Shown: one piece after another, positions 1 through 11,922 of the stretch
How positions within the stretch are numbered: the first letter of the stretch is position 1
How the letters are laid out: each line of letters opens with the position of its first letter
NCBI GenBank assembly: GCA_964019425.1
Contig: OZ025780.1
Location: 1,736,001-1,800,000, forward strand
Length of the DNA stretch: 64,000 bases
From: Flectonema sp. DT1601
Lineage: Eukaryota
Reading direction: 5' to 3'
Made by a program: the position numbers and the translations under genes
Notes under the pieces: generated by a model
Told to the model about the DNA's origin: nothing
Seen by the model: the letters and a program-made list of their open reading frames with translations, nothing else
The model's database searches: none

Positions 1-1576
1 GGGTACTAACTGTGCTGCGGGAAGTCAAATATCTAGTGGGGAACAATGCAGTTTTACAAAAACGGGAAACACCTGCGAGCCAGCCCTCTGTACCAGAGGA
101 CTTTGGAACAACACTGTGCCGAGGTGTGAAGAGAACAAATGCCCTTATAATGACATCATTGCACATCCAACAGCTACACCTGTTGGTGTTGGATGCCTCA
201 GAGATGGAGAGGCTTTGAGTGGATCAAGTTGTATATTTACCCTTCCTGGTCACACTTGCGAATCTGCAATCTGTGATATGGGACTGTGGAATAGTTCCAC
301 TACAGGAATAACATGTTATCCGAATCCGTGTAATTTTTCATATTCGAGAGTAACAAAACCAACTAGTGATGCACAGCTTACCAATGGATGTAGGGAAGGA
401 GGTTTGATATTGTCTGGTGATCTCTGTGAAATTACATCAACGGGATCATACTGCGAACCAGTTCTCTGTACTGCTGGTGAATGGAATACAACGTCTCCAG
501 TTTGTAAGGCGTACGGATGTTTGATATCACAAATTGGAATTCCTACGATGGCATCAGCAGAATGCACGCCTTTAGATAGCAGTTCTAGTGGACTCGCTTT
601 ACATGGAGCGACGTGTTCTTATGCAAGAGATGGCTTTAGCTGTTCTGAGTCAGTTTGTAATTTTGGTGTTTGGACGGAAGAAGCTCCAGCTTGCAACCCG
701 AACTCCTGTCTTTTTGATAACCTTCGCTTACCTCGCGATGTTCCTCTTCAAAACGTTGGGTTCGGTTGTTCAGCTGGTAACACAGTAGCACCTAATGCGA
801 CATGTCACTTTACAGCACCATCTCCTTATAATTGTACGACTGTTCATTGTATTGATGGGTACTGGACTAACGAAACTGTACTTTGTGAAATTGATCCTCT
901 GCTGGCAGCTGCAAATTCAAAATCCAGCGATGATTCTGGTACGTGGATACTTTTATTTATTATAGTATTGGTAGCTCTTTGTATTTTATGTTGTTGTCTA
1001 GTGGTTGGGTTTATCTTACATAAGAGAGGTGTTGAAGCTGAGAGGGGTGCGATCTCACCTTCTCCTCAGAAATCAGACACTTCAGACGTGGATAGTGACG
1101 TGTCTGATTTAATTGGTATTCCGAACAAGAATGTGTTGGGTCTTCCTCCAGACACACCAAAGAGTAGTGATAGTCCAATGGAAATGGTTAAGAAAGGAAC
1201 GTTTTCAGATCTCTTTAAAGATGGAGATGCTTCTGGAGAGGAACCTGTTACTGTACCTCCTCCTGTTTTAAAGCCACTTCCAATGGCTCCCGTTGGTGAA
1301 CCACCTTCAGCTATGGGAGGCGTTCTTAATCCGTCTGTTTACCAATCTCGTGTGATTCCAAGGATGGGATCTCTCTCTCCTCCGACAGGATTTTCGGGGG
1401 GTCGAGTGAATCCTCCATCTGGGTTCTCTGGAGCAAGAATAGTTCATCATACCCCAAGTAGTCATTATGTACCAATAAACATACCCCCTGCGTCTGTAGA
1501 CAGGACTTCATCCATGTCTCCTGGGGGACGCATTCGAACTAAAGAACCGTTTGTTGGGAATCCATTATCGATTTAG
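1..1576 (+). CDS. Cys-rich repeat (sushi/CCP-like) type I membrane protein, 5' truncated by the window edge
   Basis: Frame +2 is open from base 2. Repeats of ~60 aa follow the pattern C..G..C.....C...C..G.W.....C. A hydrophobic TM (WILLFIIVLVALCILCCCLVVGFIL) precedes a Pro/Ser-rich cytosolic tail. Confidence 0.75.
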   Translation, partial: GTNCAAGSQISSGEQCSFTKTGNTCEPALCTRGLWNNTVPRCEENKCPYNDIIAHPTATPVGVGCLRDGEALSGSSCIFTLPGHTCESAICDMGLWNSSTTGITCYPNPCNFSYSRVTKPTSDAQLTNGCREGGLILSGDLCEITSTGSYCEPVLCTAGEWNTTSPVCKAYGCLISQIGIPTMASAECTPLDSSSSGLALHGATCSYARDGFSCSESVCNFGVWTEEAPACNPNSCLFDNLRLPRDVPLQNVGFGCSAGNTVAPNATCHFTAPSPYNCTTVHCIDGYWTNETVLCEIDPLLAAANSKSSDDSGTWILLFIIVLVALCILCCCLVVGFILHKRGVEAERGAISPSPQKSDTSDVDSDVSDLIGIPNKNVLGLPPDTPKSSDSPMEMVKKGTFSDLFKDGDASGEEPVTVPPPVLKPLPMAPVGEPPSAMGGVLNPSVYQSRVIPRMGSLSPPTGFSGGRVNPPSGFSGARIVHHTPSSHYVPINIPPASVDRTSSMSPGGRIRTKEPFVGNPLSI

Positions 1577-1959
1577 TGTCTTTTATTTATCGACTGCTAT
1601 TTCTTATTCGTTTATTTAGAAATTGGAAGAAAAGGGGAAAAAGAAAAAAAAAAAAAAAAAGAAATAAATAAAGAATCTGTCTATGTTACTCATCATTTCT
1701 TGATGAAGTTTGCTACGTATTTTTGTCATAACAACTTCCTTATTTCGAAGGTCATTTATTTGAATTCTTCATTCACTTTTTCTTAATGTTTTACGATCGT
1801 TTATCTCTGTCTATGACATTTAATTTAGCGAGGGTCTTGCCGTAGTGATTTGAAAAAAAAAATGAATAAAAAAAATTAAATAACAATAATGGATACGCCT
1901 AGAATGAACCTCAGATTACTTGTGCGTTGTTGTTTTTTTAACAAAACTTTTTTTTTGTT

Positions 1960-2097
1960 GCACCGACGAAGTCGGAGAAGGAAAAACTATTCAGATTAAG
2001 AGCCGTTTTATTTATTATGTCAAAATGTTATCTATTTTCCTCGTGCGCCCAGTAATACTGTCCGCGATTAACAAAATATAAGGTTTCATCTGAATGG
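1960..2097 (+). mobile_element. Short dispersed structured element, copy A (subfamily 1)
   Basis: gcaccgacgaagtcggagaa..ctattcagattaagagccg..atctgaatgg, flanked by T-runs. Aligns by eye to 4 other copies. Confidence 0.8.
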
Positions 2098-2533
2098 TTT
2101 TTTTTTTCCTCGTTAGCGGTTTTTTTTTTTTTTAGAAATGAGCTAAAGCCCATTTCAATGAGGGAAGCCTTTATGATGGTCTTTTATGTTAACACGCAAG
2201 GAAAACACTGTGTTGTGTCGTTATGGTGTTTTTCTTATTCTCACCCACGACTTTTTTCCCCCTTTTTTTTCTCCGATTTTGTCATTATTTAGAAGTAATA
2301 CGTTGGTTTCTTAAACCCGTCCTTATGTAACTATAACCTCCGCTGCTGCTCTTCTCTGTTTTTCAGTTCATGTTATAAACTTGAAAAAGCTAAACAAGAA
2401 TGAGTCTGATGGATGGTCAGCTGTTTTGGTTCTCATCAGTTTTTTCTGTTTCAATTCTTATTTCTAACCCCATGAATAGCTGCCTTTAATGAATAGCTGC
2501 CTTTTAGAAAATAAATCAATTAACCACGAGGGG

Positions 2534-2565
<32 letters not shown>

Positions 2566-2895
2566 GTTTCTATTAAATTAAATAATATTGGTAGTGGTAG
2601 CTCTTGATTTTGGAGGCTGCTTTTTTTTTTTTTTTTTTTTTTTTTTTTGAATTCGTGAGTTTTTAGTATTGACGACTAATGTCCTCAGGTTTGAGGAAAT
2701 TTTAATTGCGAAGTAGGATGACCATCACACAAAAATAGGAGAGGCTTGATGTGCCTAAACATGGTAAGGATACCTATTCACTATAACTATAGTGACTTGG
2801 GTGACAAATTTTTTGGTACAAAAAAAAAAAGATCAGAGCGACAATAGCAAAAAATTGAAATAGATTTAAGATAAATTTTCTTTTTTTTTTTTTTT

Positions 2896-3021
2896 GTACC
2901 GACGTAGTCGGAGAAGAAGCTATTCAGATTAAAAGCCGGCATTTCTATGGTCATGATTTATATCCCGCTGTACGACGGGATTTTGTCTGCTTTCAACGAA
3001 ATATAAGGCTATTCTGAATGG
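2896..3021 (+). mobile_element. Short dispersed structured element, copy B (subfamily 2)
   Basis: gtaccgacgtagtcggagaagaagctattcagatt..ctgaatgg after a T-run. Confidence 0.8.
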
Positions 3022-3034
3022 TTTCGTGCTCAAA

Positions 3035-3075
<41 letters not shown>

Positions 3076-3453
3076 TTCTCATTCTCTTTGTTGCTTTCTG
3101 GTTATTGTAATTGTTAAATTAGCTTTTCTTAGTCCATCCGACACGGTTTTAAAAAAAAAAAAAAAAAAAAAAAGAGGGTACCCATCTATAATATAAAGAT
3201 TAATATTCTATTTGCCTTATACAGGATTAATTTATGTGAGATTGGAGGTTTTTGTTGTGCAACTTTAAAAAAAAAAAACATGGATAGATATCTGGTTTGT
3301 GTTTTTACAAAATAAATTTAAGACTATTCTATTCTCCTTCAGAGACAGTCAACGTTAGTCATTAAAAAAAAAAAAAAAAAAAAAAAAAAATTATTATTTT
3401 TCATTTTTCATTTTTCATTTTTTTTTTTTTTTTTTTGATACCAACAAAACCTA

Positions 3454-5914
3454 ATGGTATACTCAAAACTGTTGAGGTCGTTCTACTCTCCGAATGACCC
3501 TCCTTGTGTGATCACCCGAATAAAGTCGATTGTTGCTTTTCTGATGGTTGGATTGCTTTGTTTAATACCCCTTTCAGCGCATGTCATATTGGACTCCGTC
3601 TACGATTCTAATGGGAACACCTCAATAAAAGTATTGTATATAGTTTGTATGGTGTTGATTTTCATTCTGATGTTTCCTGCGCTGTCATTTATTCGAATAA
3701 CAAAAAGGTGTCCTGACTGGTTGGTGATAACCGTCTGTGGAATTGGAATTATTATTATTTTATTAGCGGACACGATTACGTATGTTTCTATAAACATGAG
3801 ACTTCTTAGTTGGATTGTTGTAATTCTTGATTTACTGCTACTGTGTCGAATTAGAAGCCAAGTACCTTGCCAAGCTGTGCTTACAACTCTTGCGTTATTT
3901 CAATTAATAATGTGTGTGGAACGGTCTACTCATTCATTTAGGATCGTGCACATGAGTGGAGGGAAATTCTTTGAACAAGTGTGTGGATGTCTTAATCCTC
4001 CTTGCAAACAAGATTATCGTGTCTTCATATCATCTTTTGTAGAGACTGTCCCATTTTTCTTAGACTTCTATTTGACTAAAAAATTCGCATTAACTGCTCA
4101 ATCAGAGAATGAAAAATTACATTCTGCTTTACAACTATCATTTCAGGTTGTTAATTGCCTCGTCGACTTCAATCTCTACGAGGCTTCCCTTCTCCTTAAA
4201 AATGAAGAAAACTCTGAGATGCGGGAATTACTCCTTGGTATGTATTCCTTTTTTTTTTTTTTTTTTTTAAAATAATGAAAAAAAAAAAATTCTTAAAATA
4301 ACTTAAAACAAAAAAGCAATGTTGCACAATCTAAAGCAATTCCGTCCCTATTTACCTGACTCTATATTTGAAGTAGATTCGCAATTAAAATTTGATGCTA
4401 GTGAACAGTGTGTTCCCAGTAGTAACAATCCTCCGGGACTGGTTTCTGGAAAGGCGGCAATTGCATTTACAGATATAAAGTCCAGTACTAAAATGTGGGA
4501 CAGGTGCCCAGGGGATATGAAAATAGCATTGAAACTACACAACGACTGTATTAGAAAACAGATTCAATCATTCAAAGGATACGAAGTGAAGACGATCGGA
4601 GATAGTTTTATGATAGCGTTTGAGGAAATCGAGGAATCGGTTTTATGTTGTCTTTCAATTCAAAATGCTTTATCAGAGTTACCTTGGCCAGAAGCAATAT
4701 CTGACTTCTGCGTAAGAATATCAACCCATTTCGGAGAGATTGATTTAGAATGCAACAGCATCACCAAACGATACGACTATTTTGGTTCAACAGTTAACCG
4801 AGCAGCAAGAATGGAGGGAGCGGGTGTAGCTGGAACTGTCACTGTTATTGACGAAGACTTATCTGCAATAGGTCAAACCATGAGTATGGATCACTGTTCC
4901 GTAGTACTTCTAGGACATATTGTTCTCAATGGATTTCAAACAACATCGTCGATTTATTCTTTGTTACCAAATTATGTTGAAAAAAGTAAGTTCGATGACG
5001 TAGCATCAGCAGTCCAATACAAAGTCAACCAATACGTTGAAGGAAATTCTGACGTGTCTCCCACGGCCAGCCGTAGCCAGAGTAATATAGCGGCATCCGT
5101 GTTGTTTTCTCAATCGTTAGTGCGGTTTTTGAAAAAAGCGAATGCGACGGTTGCTAAAATTGATTTAAAAGCTTGTGATCTATCAGTTCCTGAGTTACGA
5201 TCTGTTATAATGACTGCCATCAGTTGCATCGAGAGGACTAACGGTACTATCCTATCACTGTACTGCACTACAGTAATAGCTTCTTGGAATTGTATTAAAG
5301 AATGCAAAGCTCATTTGGAATCCGGTTTTCGATTTGGAAAACTACTAAACAACCTGCGAGACGCAAAAGTCGCAATAGGAATATCAGGAGGTCGAGTCAT
5401 CTCTGGTGAAGTAGGAACAGCTGCACAGAAATTCGTTACAGTAATAGGAGCCTGTGTTAGGATGGCTGAACTACTACAAGAAGCATCGTTAGAGATTAAT
5501 ACTTTTATGCTTCATGCATCATCTCAACCAGACGGATACGATGCTTGGAGTGAATTATCACTCAGAAAGTATATCAGACCAATAGACTACTGGGCTATAT
5601 CAGATGATCAGGAGGTTACTATTTATCAATGTCGTGTTACAACTAATTCGAGTCCTCTTTGGGGAACTGACTACGATGTCGCATTTGAAACCAGAGATGC
5701 GAGAGCTATTGAAGTACTGTTGGATAACTCTGGTGTTGATGATCCGATTGTCGCGACTGTTTTACGAAAACTCAGACTGTTCGATCCTCGAAGAAGTGTT
5801 TCTGTTTATCAGCACCACTCAATCAACAGTTCTACTCAATCAGGAGACCACAGACCTAGTCATCACATCAGTTCCCGCACAAGCATTGCTGGCATTGTCG
5901 ATACTTCACTGTGA
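3454..5914 (+). CDS. Membrane-bound class III adenylate cyclase with a second, degenerate cyclase domain; exons 3454-4237 and 4317-5914
   Basis: Multi-TM N-terminus. The GT-AG intron 4238-4316 joins the two ORFs in frame (ELLLA-MLHNLKQFRPYLP). Catalytic motifs FTDIKSST, YEVKTIGDSFM and YDYFGSTVNRAARME are present. Confidence 0.9.
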
Positions 5915-6156
5915 CACTTGTGCTCAGATCAGATCTACTGTTTTCTTTTCAGAACAACAGTCTGATGTGATGTTCATTTTTTGTTACTGTCATTCATTTA
6001 CCCTTCTCATTTATGTTATTTATTGTCTTTTTTTTTTTTTTTTTTTTTCATATGAGAGAGAAGTGTTGTTTTGTTAGATGTACCTTATTTTTATTTTCGT
6101 CATCCCAGAAAACCAAAAAAGAAGGAAGTCGTTGATAATATCAAAATAACTTAAGA

Positions 6157-8286
6157 ATGGAATTAGACAGCAGTATGAAATCTCAGGCTATGCCTGTAAA
6201 GCCACCAGTCAATGTTTTGAGCACACCTCGTGGGACAGGAAGGTCTAGAAAAGATCAAATTAAAGTGCTAAGTCAAAGATTCGCATCTGGGTCACCAGCA
6301 AGGAGGAAGAATCAGCAAAAAGCTCAACCGGCTCCTGCGCCATCACAGGAATTGAAGGAACGAGCAGCTGCTTGTTTTATAAAAACAAACGTAGTGAAGA
6401 CATATGTTGGCTTTAACGCTGCAGAGGTAGAGCTTCCATCTCCACCGAAGGCGTACTCAATACAACCGACGGTACCAAGTCCAGTTCATGACGAGGATAA
6501 GTTAATAACCGCCTATGAGGATGATGATGAACAACCGATTCAAACGTATTATCAGTCTGATATTCAATCAAAACATGTATTCCCTCAAGATGCTATTTAT
6601 AATCAGTATCAGAAACAGAAATCATTAAACAACAGTAACTTATCAGAGTCACCTGTTAGAAGTCTTTATGGAGGTGATATTATTACAACTCCTCCTCATT
6701 CTAAAAACATTATTGTGAGTGACTACAGTATCATCAGTGGTGTAAACAGTTCAATCGTAGCAGCTTCTACTCCTCCAAGGGGAAGTCCGAAATCTCTTAG
6801 CGAACTGCCTTCTTCTGATCCAATGCTGTTTGGGGATAGCGAATATGCAAAACCCCGAGAGAGTATACCAGTGGCTCATTCTCCAGTTAGATCACCGCAA
6901 ACTCCCCCAAGAGGAGTAGTGCAGTTTACTCCTCCGAGGAAGAGCCCTCCAAAGACTGACAGCACACCTATTTCATCAATAAACGACTCCATCACGGCAG
7001 AAAAACTTCACGGTGCCACTGAGAGACAACAAGCCCTTATGAGAGGACTACTTGTTGGGTACATAGTCAGATCAAAGTGGAATGGACAAGGGAAAAAACT
7101 ACGCGATCAAATCCGAGATCTCAATTTTGAAATCTCAAGATCAATCGACAACAACGACCCTGAAGCAATGCCTCCTCAGATGCTTCATAATCAAAGAAAG
7201 ATATTTATTGATCAGCTACACACCTTCATGGTTAACTACTCTGTAAGAGAAACTGGTAGGAGGAAGTCTAAAGGTAAACCGGCTGTCAACAAGAAGGTTG
7301 TGTCCCAAAAGAGAAGGAACTTACCTGAATTTGCGAGGGGGAAAGCAGCAGTAGAAGCATCTGCACATAAGAGGGCTGCCGAGTCAATACCTCAGGCTGA
7401 GCTCTCTCCCAGGAAATCACCATCCAAATATGACTGGGAAGATGTTCCTGTAGGCAATGGAGGTGGAGGTGGAGGTGGGAGTGTTTCTCTGAGTATGAAT
7501 TTTGCTCCAGCTACTCCAACCCGAAGGTCGTTAAAACCGGCTCCGACTCCTTCGCCACAGCCTCAGGCTCAGGCTCAGGTAAGTCAGGCGTCAGAACCGC
7601 CTGCGTCTACCACGCCCCGTAACTTCTTAAAACGAGGCTCTCGCAATGCTAGAACTGTTCTCCCTTCTAAGACACGAACTTCAACACCTTCGCATGCAAA
7701 GAGAACATCTGAAGCCAGGGATAGTTGGCCATCTCAGCAACATCAACCTCAACAAGAACGAGACTCGTACGAGCAACAACAACAACAGCAACAGCAACAA
7801 CAGCATCAGCAGCAACAAGAGCAACGTGATCATCAAGAACGCGAAAAGGCTGCGTACGAGCAGCAGCGACAGCAACAACAGCAACAAAGACAACTCGAAC
7901 AGCGGGAAAGAGAGCAAGAAAAAAGACAACAACAGCTTAGAGAACAGGCCGAAGTCCAAAAGAAACAACGAAACGAGGTTTCAATGCAAAAAAAGAAGCA
8001 ACGAACTGAGCTGGCTGCCAGGTGTGTAAAATGACTTTTTTATACTCCCTACCCAAACAAAATTAGAATAATAAAAAATCACCAAACCAGACTAAACCAT
8101 GAAGTAGAAACATTAATAGATGGTTGGTTACCTGGCACCTCTGACGGGTTGGAACGAATCTTCCCAAGTCGACTACTACGTCAAGACCAGAGTACTAAAA
8201 TACCGAGACTACGACCTTCATCATCACTATTCGCTACTTTTGATCCACACTTCTATCATACAATAAAGGCTTCTTTAATTGGATAA
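6157..8286 (+). CDS. Low-complexity Pro/Ser/Gln-rich protein with a possible IQ-like motif and polyQ coiled coil; exons 6157-8021 and 8091-8286
   Basis: 625-aa ORF. Intron gtgtgt..aaaccag (8022-8090) continues the frame to RLNHEVETLIDGW...SLIG*. Confidence 0.7.
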
Positions 8287-8815
8287 CGTCGTTTATATAA
8301 CGTTACTTTCGCACTTGTTGCAATCACCTCCTCTTTTTTTTTTTTTTTTTTTTTTTTAAATTTCTAACCTATTAGGTGGTGTATTAGAATTCATATTTAT
8401 AATTGTAAGCAACATGTTTGCTAAAAACCAATGTTTTTTTTTTTTTTTTTTTTTGATAGAGCCAGTCATTCCTGAGTGGCCGTGTTTGACGTCGGGTAGG
8501 ACACCACACGCACTGTTTAGATTTTTTAGTCACCCTGGAAATGTATTTTGCTGATTTAATCAAAAAAAAAAAAAAAAAAGAAACGGGAGGAAGAGGGGTA
8601 ATTACTTATTTATTAGATAAAACTCAGAACTCCCATTTGGGTTGATTGTGGAGTATTTGAATTTTGCATTTAGTTCAGTTATTTATATTTTCTTCAACCT
8701 GTTTTTGCATCTTTCTTTAATATAGTAATTTTCCCTGACAGGAAACTTACACGCGAATCTTCGGTACTGGCAGCTATCTATCCATAGAGAGGTATATTTA
8801 TATTAACAACGCACG

Positions 8816-9635
8816 ATGAGCGACAAGGCACGCGAACTTCCAGATGCCGATGACAAAGCTGCATACTTACAGTCGGTGGGTGCTCCTGAACTCCTGGATA
8901 AGTTAGTTCAGGTATGTTGATTGACTTTTAACACTCTGTTAGGTAGGTCTTAGCGCCTACCCTGTTCCTCTTCGATAGTATGCATTGGATTGCGCTGAGT
9001 CTAGTCGTTGTATGTCGAACGGTATGTCTGGCGGTATTACGATCTGTGCATTTGCTTATGTGTTCGCATAATCCTGCACCTTTCATTTTGGTGGTTACTG
9101 GTATTATGGCGTCTGTATATCCTATGTTGAACGTGTCTATGTGTCTATGTGTCTATATATCCAGATAGATCTAATGTTATTGTGACTGGTACAATATATT
9201 TGTTGTTAGCTATTTGTGCGTAGCGAATGACTGATCCCCCGAAAGCATACCCCTGCATACCCCTGCATACCCCTGCTTTGTTCATCACGCTGCTGATATC
9301 AATGCAGCTCCAATCGTCCTCTTTCTTCACCAGCTTACGCTGTATTCTCATTTATTCTGTCCTCTTCTCTTCGGAGGAGGTTAGTATTAAATTATTTTAG
9401 TACACACGTGGAAACAAGACAGAAACACAACCTACAAAAACAGGCAATCCTACAAAAAACACCCGCAACTCGTGAAGACACAATTGCGGTTTTAAAGGAT
9501 GAGTTGAACAGAATGTGTCCTCCTAATTCTGACGAAATTGATATTCGGATAACTCGCCCTACATGGGAGGTATTACAGGGAATTGATCCTGAGCAGACCG
9601 CTACTATATTGAAGTCAATTCGCCAAAAAAGCTGA
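8816..9635 (+). CDS. Small protein with a Dpy-30/RIIa-like docking motif; exons 8816-8911 and 9444-9635
   Basis: MSDKARELPDADDKAAYLQSVGAPELLDKLVQ|AILQKTP..., joined by the phase-0 intron gtatgt..aaaacag. The YL....P.LL..L...L..P pattern is typical of D/D domains. Confidence 0.65.
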
Positions 9636-9831
9636 AAAAATTGTGGGAGATGAGCAAACCTGTATTACAAACTAAAAAAAAAAAATAGTCTTACCCCGTT
9701 TTTTCCCTCAAACTAAACCATATATTTACAAAGCAAATATTTAAGAAAAAAAAAAAAAAAAAAAAACTTGTGTCATAGTATTTTTTTATAGTTATATTAC
9801 GTCATTGGAAGTTATGGGAATCATGTGAACC

Positions 9832-9862
<31 letters not shown>

Positions 9863-9888
9863 CAGAAATCTCTACGAAAGTTCCACCA

Positions 9889-10338
9889 ATGGGAATGGGA
9901 GGCAAGATGATGGTCAGAAGCTCTGGAAAGAGAAATTTCACTCTTTACCAGTCCTTTACATCCTCGGAGGAAGCTGCAAAGTCGAATAAGCTTCCACACA
10001 AAAAAAAACCAAGAACCAGTAAGAATGGAAAGAGAATTTCAAAACCAAAGTACACCAGCTATGTAAGATACATTTATAGAATTCTTCCAAAGAAGACGAG
10101 GATTTCATCAAAAGCAATGAAGGTGATAGATTCATTTGTTAATGATATCTTCGACAGATTGGCTTCAGAAGCTGGCAGGGTCACATCACACGCAGGTCAA
10201 AAAACTATCAGCTCTCAGGCGATGATCGCTGCCGTAAAGCTTCAACTTCCGAAAGAATTTGCAGCGGCGGCCATTCAATGTGCGGCCAAGGCGATGTGCA
10301 CTTATCAGAATTCTTTAGAAACATTGAGGAGGAAATGA
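9889..10338 (+). CDS. H2B: Divergent histone H2B variant
   Basis: Histone-fold signature YIYRIL..ISSKAMKVIDSFVNDIFDRLASEA..TISS..AVKLQLP, with a basic N-tail. Confidence 0.9.
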   Translation: MGMGGKMMVRSSGKRNFTLYQSFTSSEEAAKSNKLPHKKKPRTSKNGKRISKPKYTSYVRYIYRILPKKTRISSKAMKVIDSFVNDIFDRLASEAGRVTSHAGQKTISSQAMIAAVKLQLPKEFAAAAIQCAAKAMCTYQNSLETLRRK

Positions 10339-10629
10339 TATACATTTCTGTGATCCTTAAGGTCATGTTCTTGTTTACTGCACTCTGGGTGCCTAAAGAA
10401 GCGTCTTCGTACGTCTGGTGGTGCCACAAGACTCGATGGAAACCTTTTTATTTATTATTATTATTTATCTCACCCAAAACCATACTATCCCATGTCTATT
10501 GATATTACACAGAGGAATCGTAGAAGGGCGACCGAAGGACTTCGATTATTCATTTATTTGTGATAACCATCTGCTGCCTTAAAGATTTCAAATTATTTAT
10601 AAAACCAGGTTGTGAATAAGTAAACAACA

Positions 10630-11541
10630 ATGCTTCGAACAGCTGCAGTGATATTAACATGCCTGCAGGTATGCAATGCCATGCCTACTGTTGATTATGT
10701 AAAGATTAAAAGTGATATTTGGGATCTATTAGAGTCGTATCATGACACTAGAGATGGTGGTCTGGGTCCAGTCTTTCTCAGACTAGCATGGCATTCATCT
10801 GGAACTTGGGACTCTAAGAACGCTCCTCATGGAGGTAGTTGTGGAGCGACTATGAGATGGAGTCCAGAGAATAGTTACTACGACAATCAAGGATTAAAGA
10901 TTGCTAGAGATGCTTTACAACTTATTAAGGATTCACATCCTCGTATATCTTATTCAGACTTGTGGGTCTTGGCTGGGTATACAGCTGTTGAGTATATGGA
11001 AGGTCCTGAAATAGATTTCAAACCAGGAAGACCTGACACCCACCACGCTCACTACACTCCAACACCTGAAGACAGACTCCCTGAATGGAATTTAACCGCA
11101 ACTGAAATGATCACAACTTTTCAAAGAATGGGTCTCTCAGAAAGAGAAATGGTTGCTCTCATGGGAGGTCACAGTGTTGGACATACACAACCTGAGAATA
11201 GTGGTTTTCCATTTTTAAAATGGGACATCACTCCCTTGAAATTTGATAACTTTTTCTTCAAGTTCCTATTTGATCAACCATGGGTACCTGAAGAGTACGG
11301 TGTATGTGGTGGTTCTCCATGTAGATATTTCCGTAACCGTTCCTGGATTATGTTAATAACTGACATACATCTGAGAGATGATCCTCGTCTTCAACCAATC
11401 GCAAGAATGTACGCGGGTGATGAAGCTCTTTGGTTTGTCGACTTTGCCATGGCATTTAAAAAGCTAACAGAGTTCGGTATGCCTACTGGTGTCAAAGCAT
11501 GTCAGCGGGGTTGCAACTCTACAAAATCAAAGAGCAATTAA
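10630..11541 (+). CDS. Class I heme peroxidase (ascorbate/cytochrome c peroxidase family) with a predicted signal peptide
   Basis: Distal RLAWHSSGT, ISYSDLW, proximal GGHSVG, W..TP..FDN.FF and MLITD motifs. N-terminus MLRTAAVILTCLQVCNA. Confidence 0.9.
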   Translation: MLRTAAVILTCLQVCNAMPTVDYVKIKSDIWDLLESYHDTRDGGLGPVFLRLAWHSSGTWDSKNAPHGGSCGATMRWSPENSYYDNQGLKIARDALQLIKDSHPRISYSDLWVLAGYTAVEYMEGPEIDFKPGRPDTHHAHYTPTPEDRLPEWNLTATEMITTFQRMGLSEREMVALMGGHSVGHTQPENSGFPFLKWDITPLKFDNFFFKFLFDQPWVPEEYGVCGGSPCRYFRNRSWIMLITDIHLRDDPRLQPIARMYAGDEALWFVDFAMAFKKLTEFGMPTGVKACQRGCNSTKSKSN

Positions 11542-11922
11542 GTTACAAGCATTGCGTCTTCTCAGTGAAGAATTTTAGTTCACAACTTTCCTTTTATTAA
11601 TCTTGATTATGGGGCAGTCGTCGTGTTTTATTTGTGTCTGATGCGTTGCTCACCATCTGTGAAAAAAATAGCAACCTCCAACCCGTGTGCGCCCTACGTG
11701 ACGAACGCTTTACTGTACATTTGAAAAAAAGTTGAGTAAATTATTATTTCCCTTCATCAGAAAACTTGAATGAGACGTAAAGTGTTGTAAGAGGTTTATC
11801 GGGTCAAAGTTTTAGTTTCAGTGACTGGCTTTCAATATCGTTGTTTTTTTTTGTTTGTAATTATTATTTTTCACTCCTTTACTTGTAGTTTCCAAAAAAA
11901 AAAAAAAAAAACTCAAACAAAA

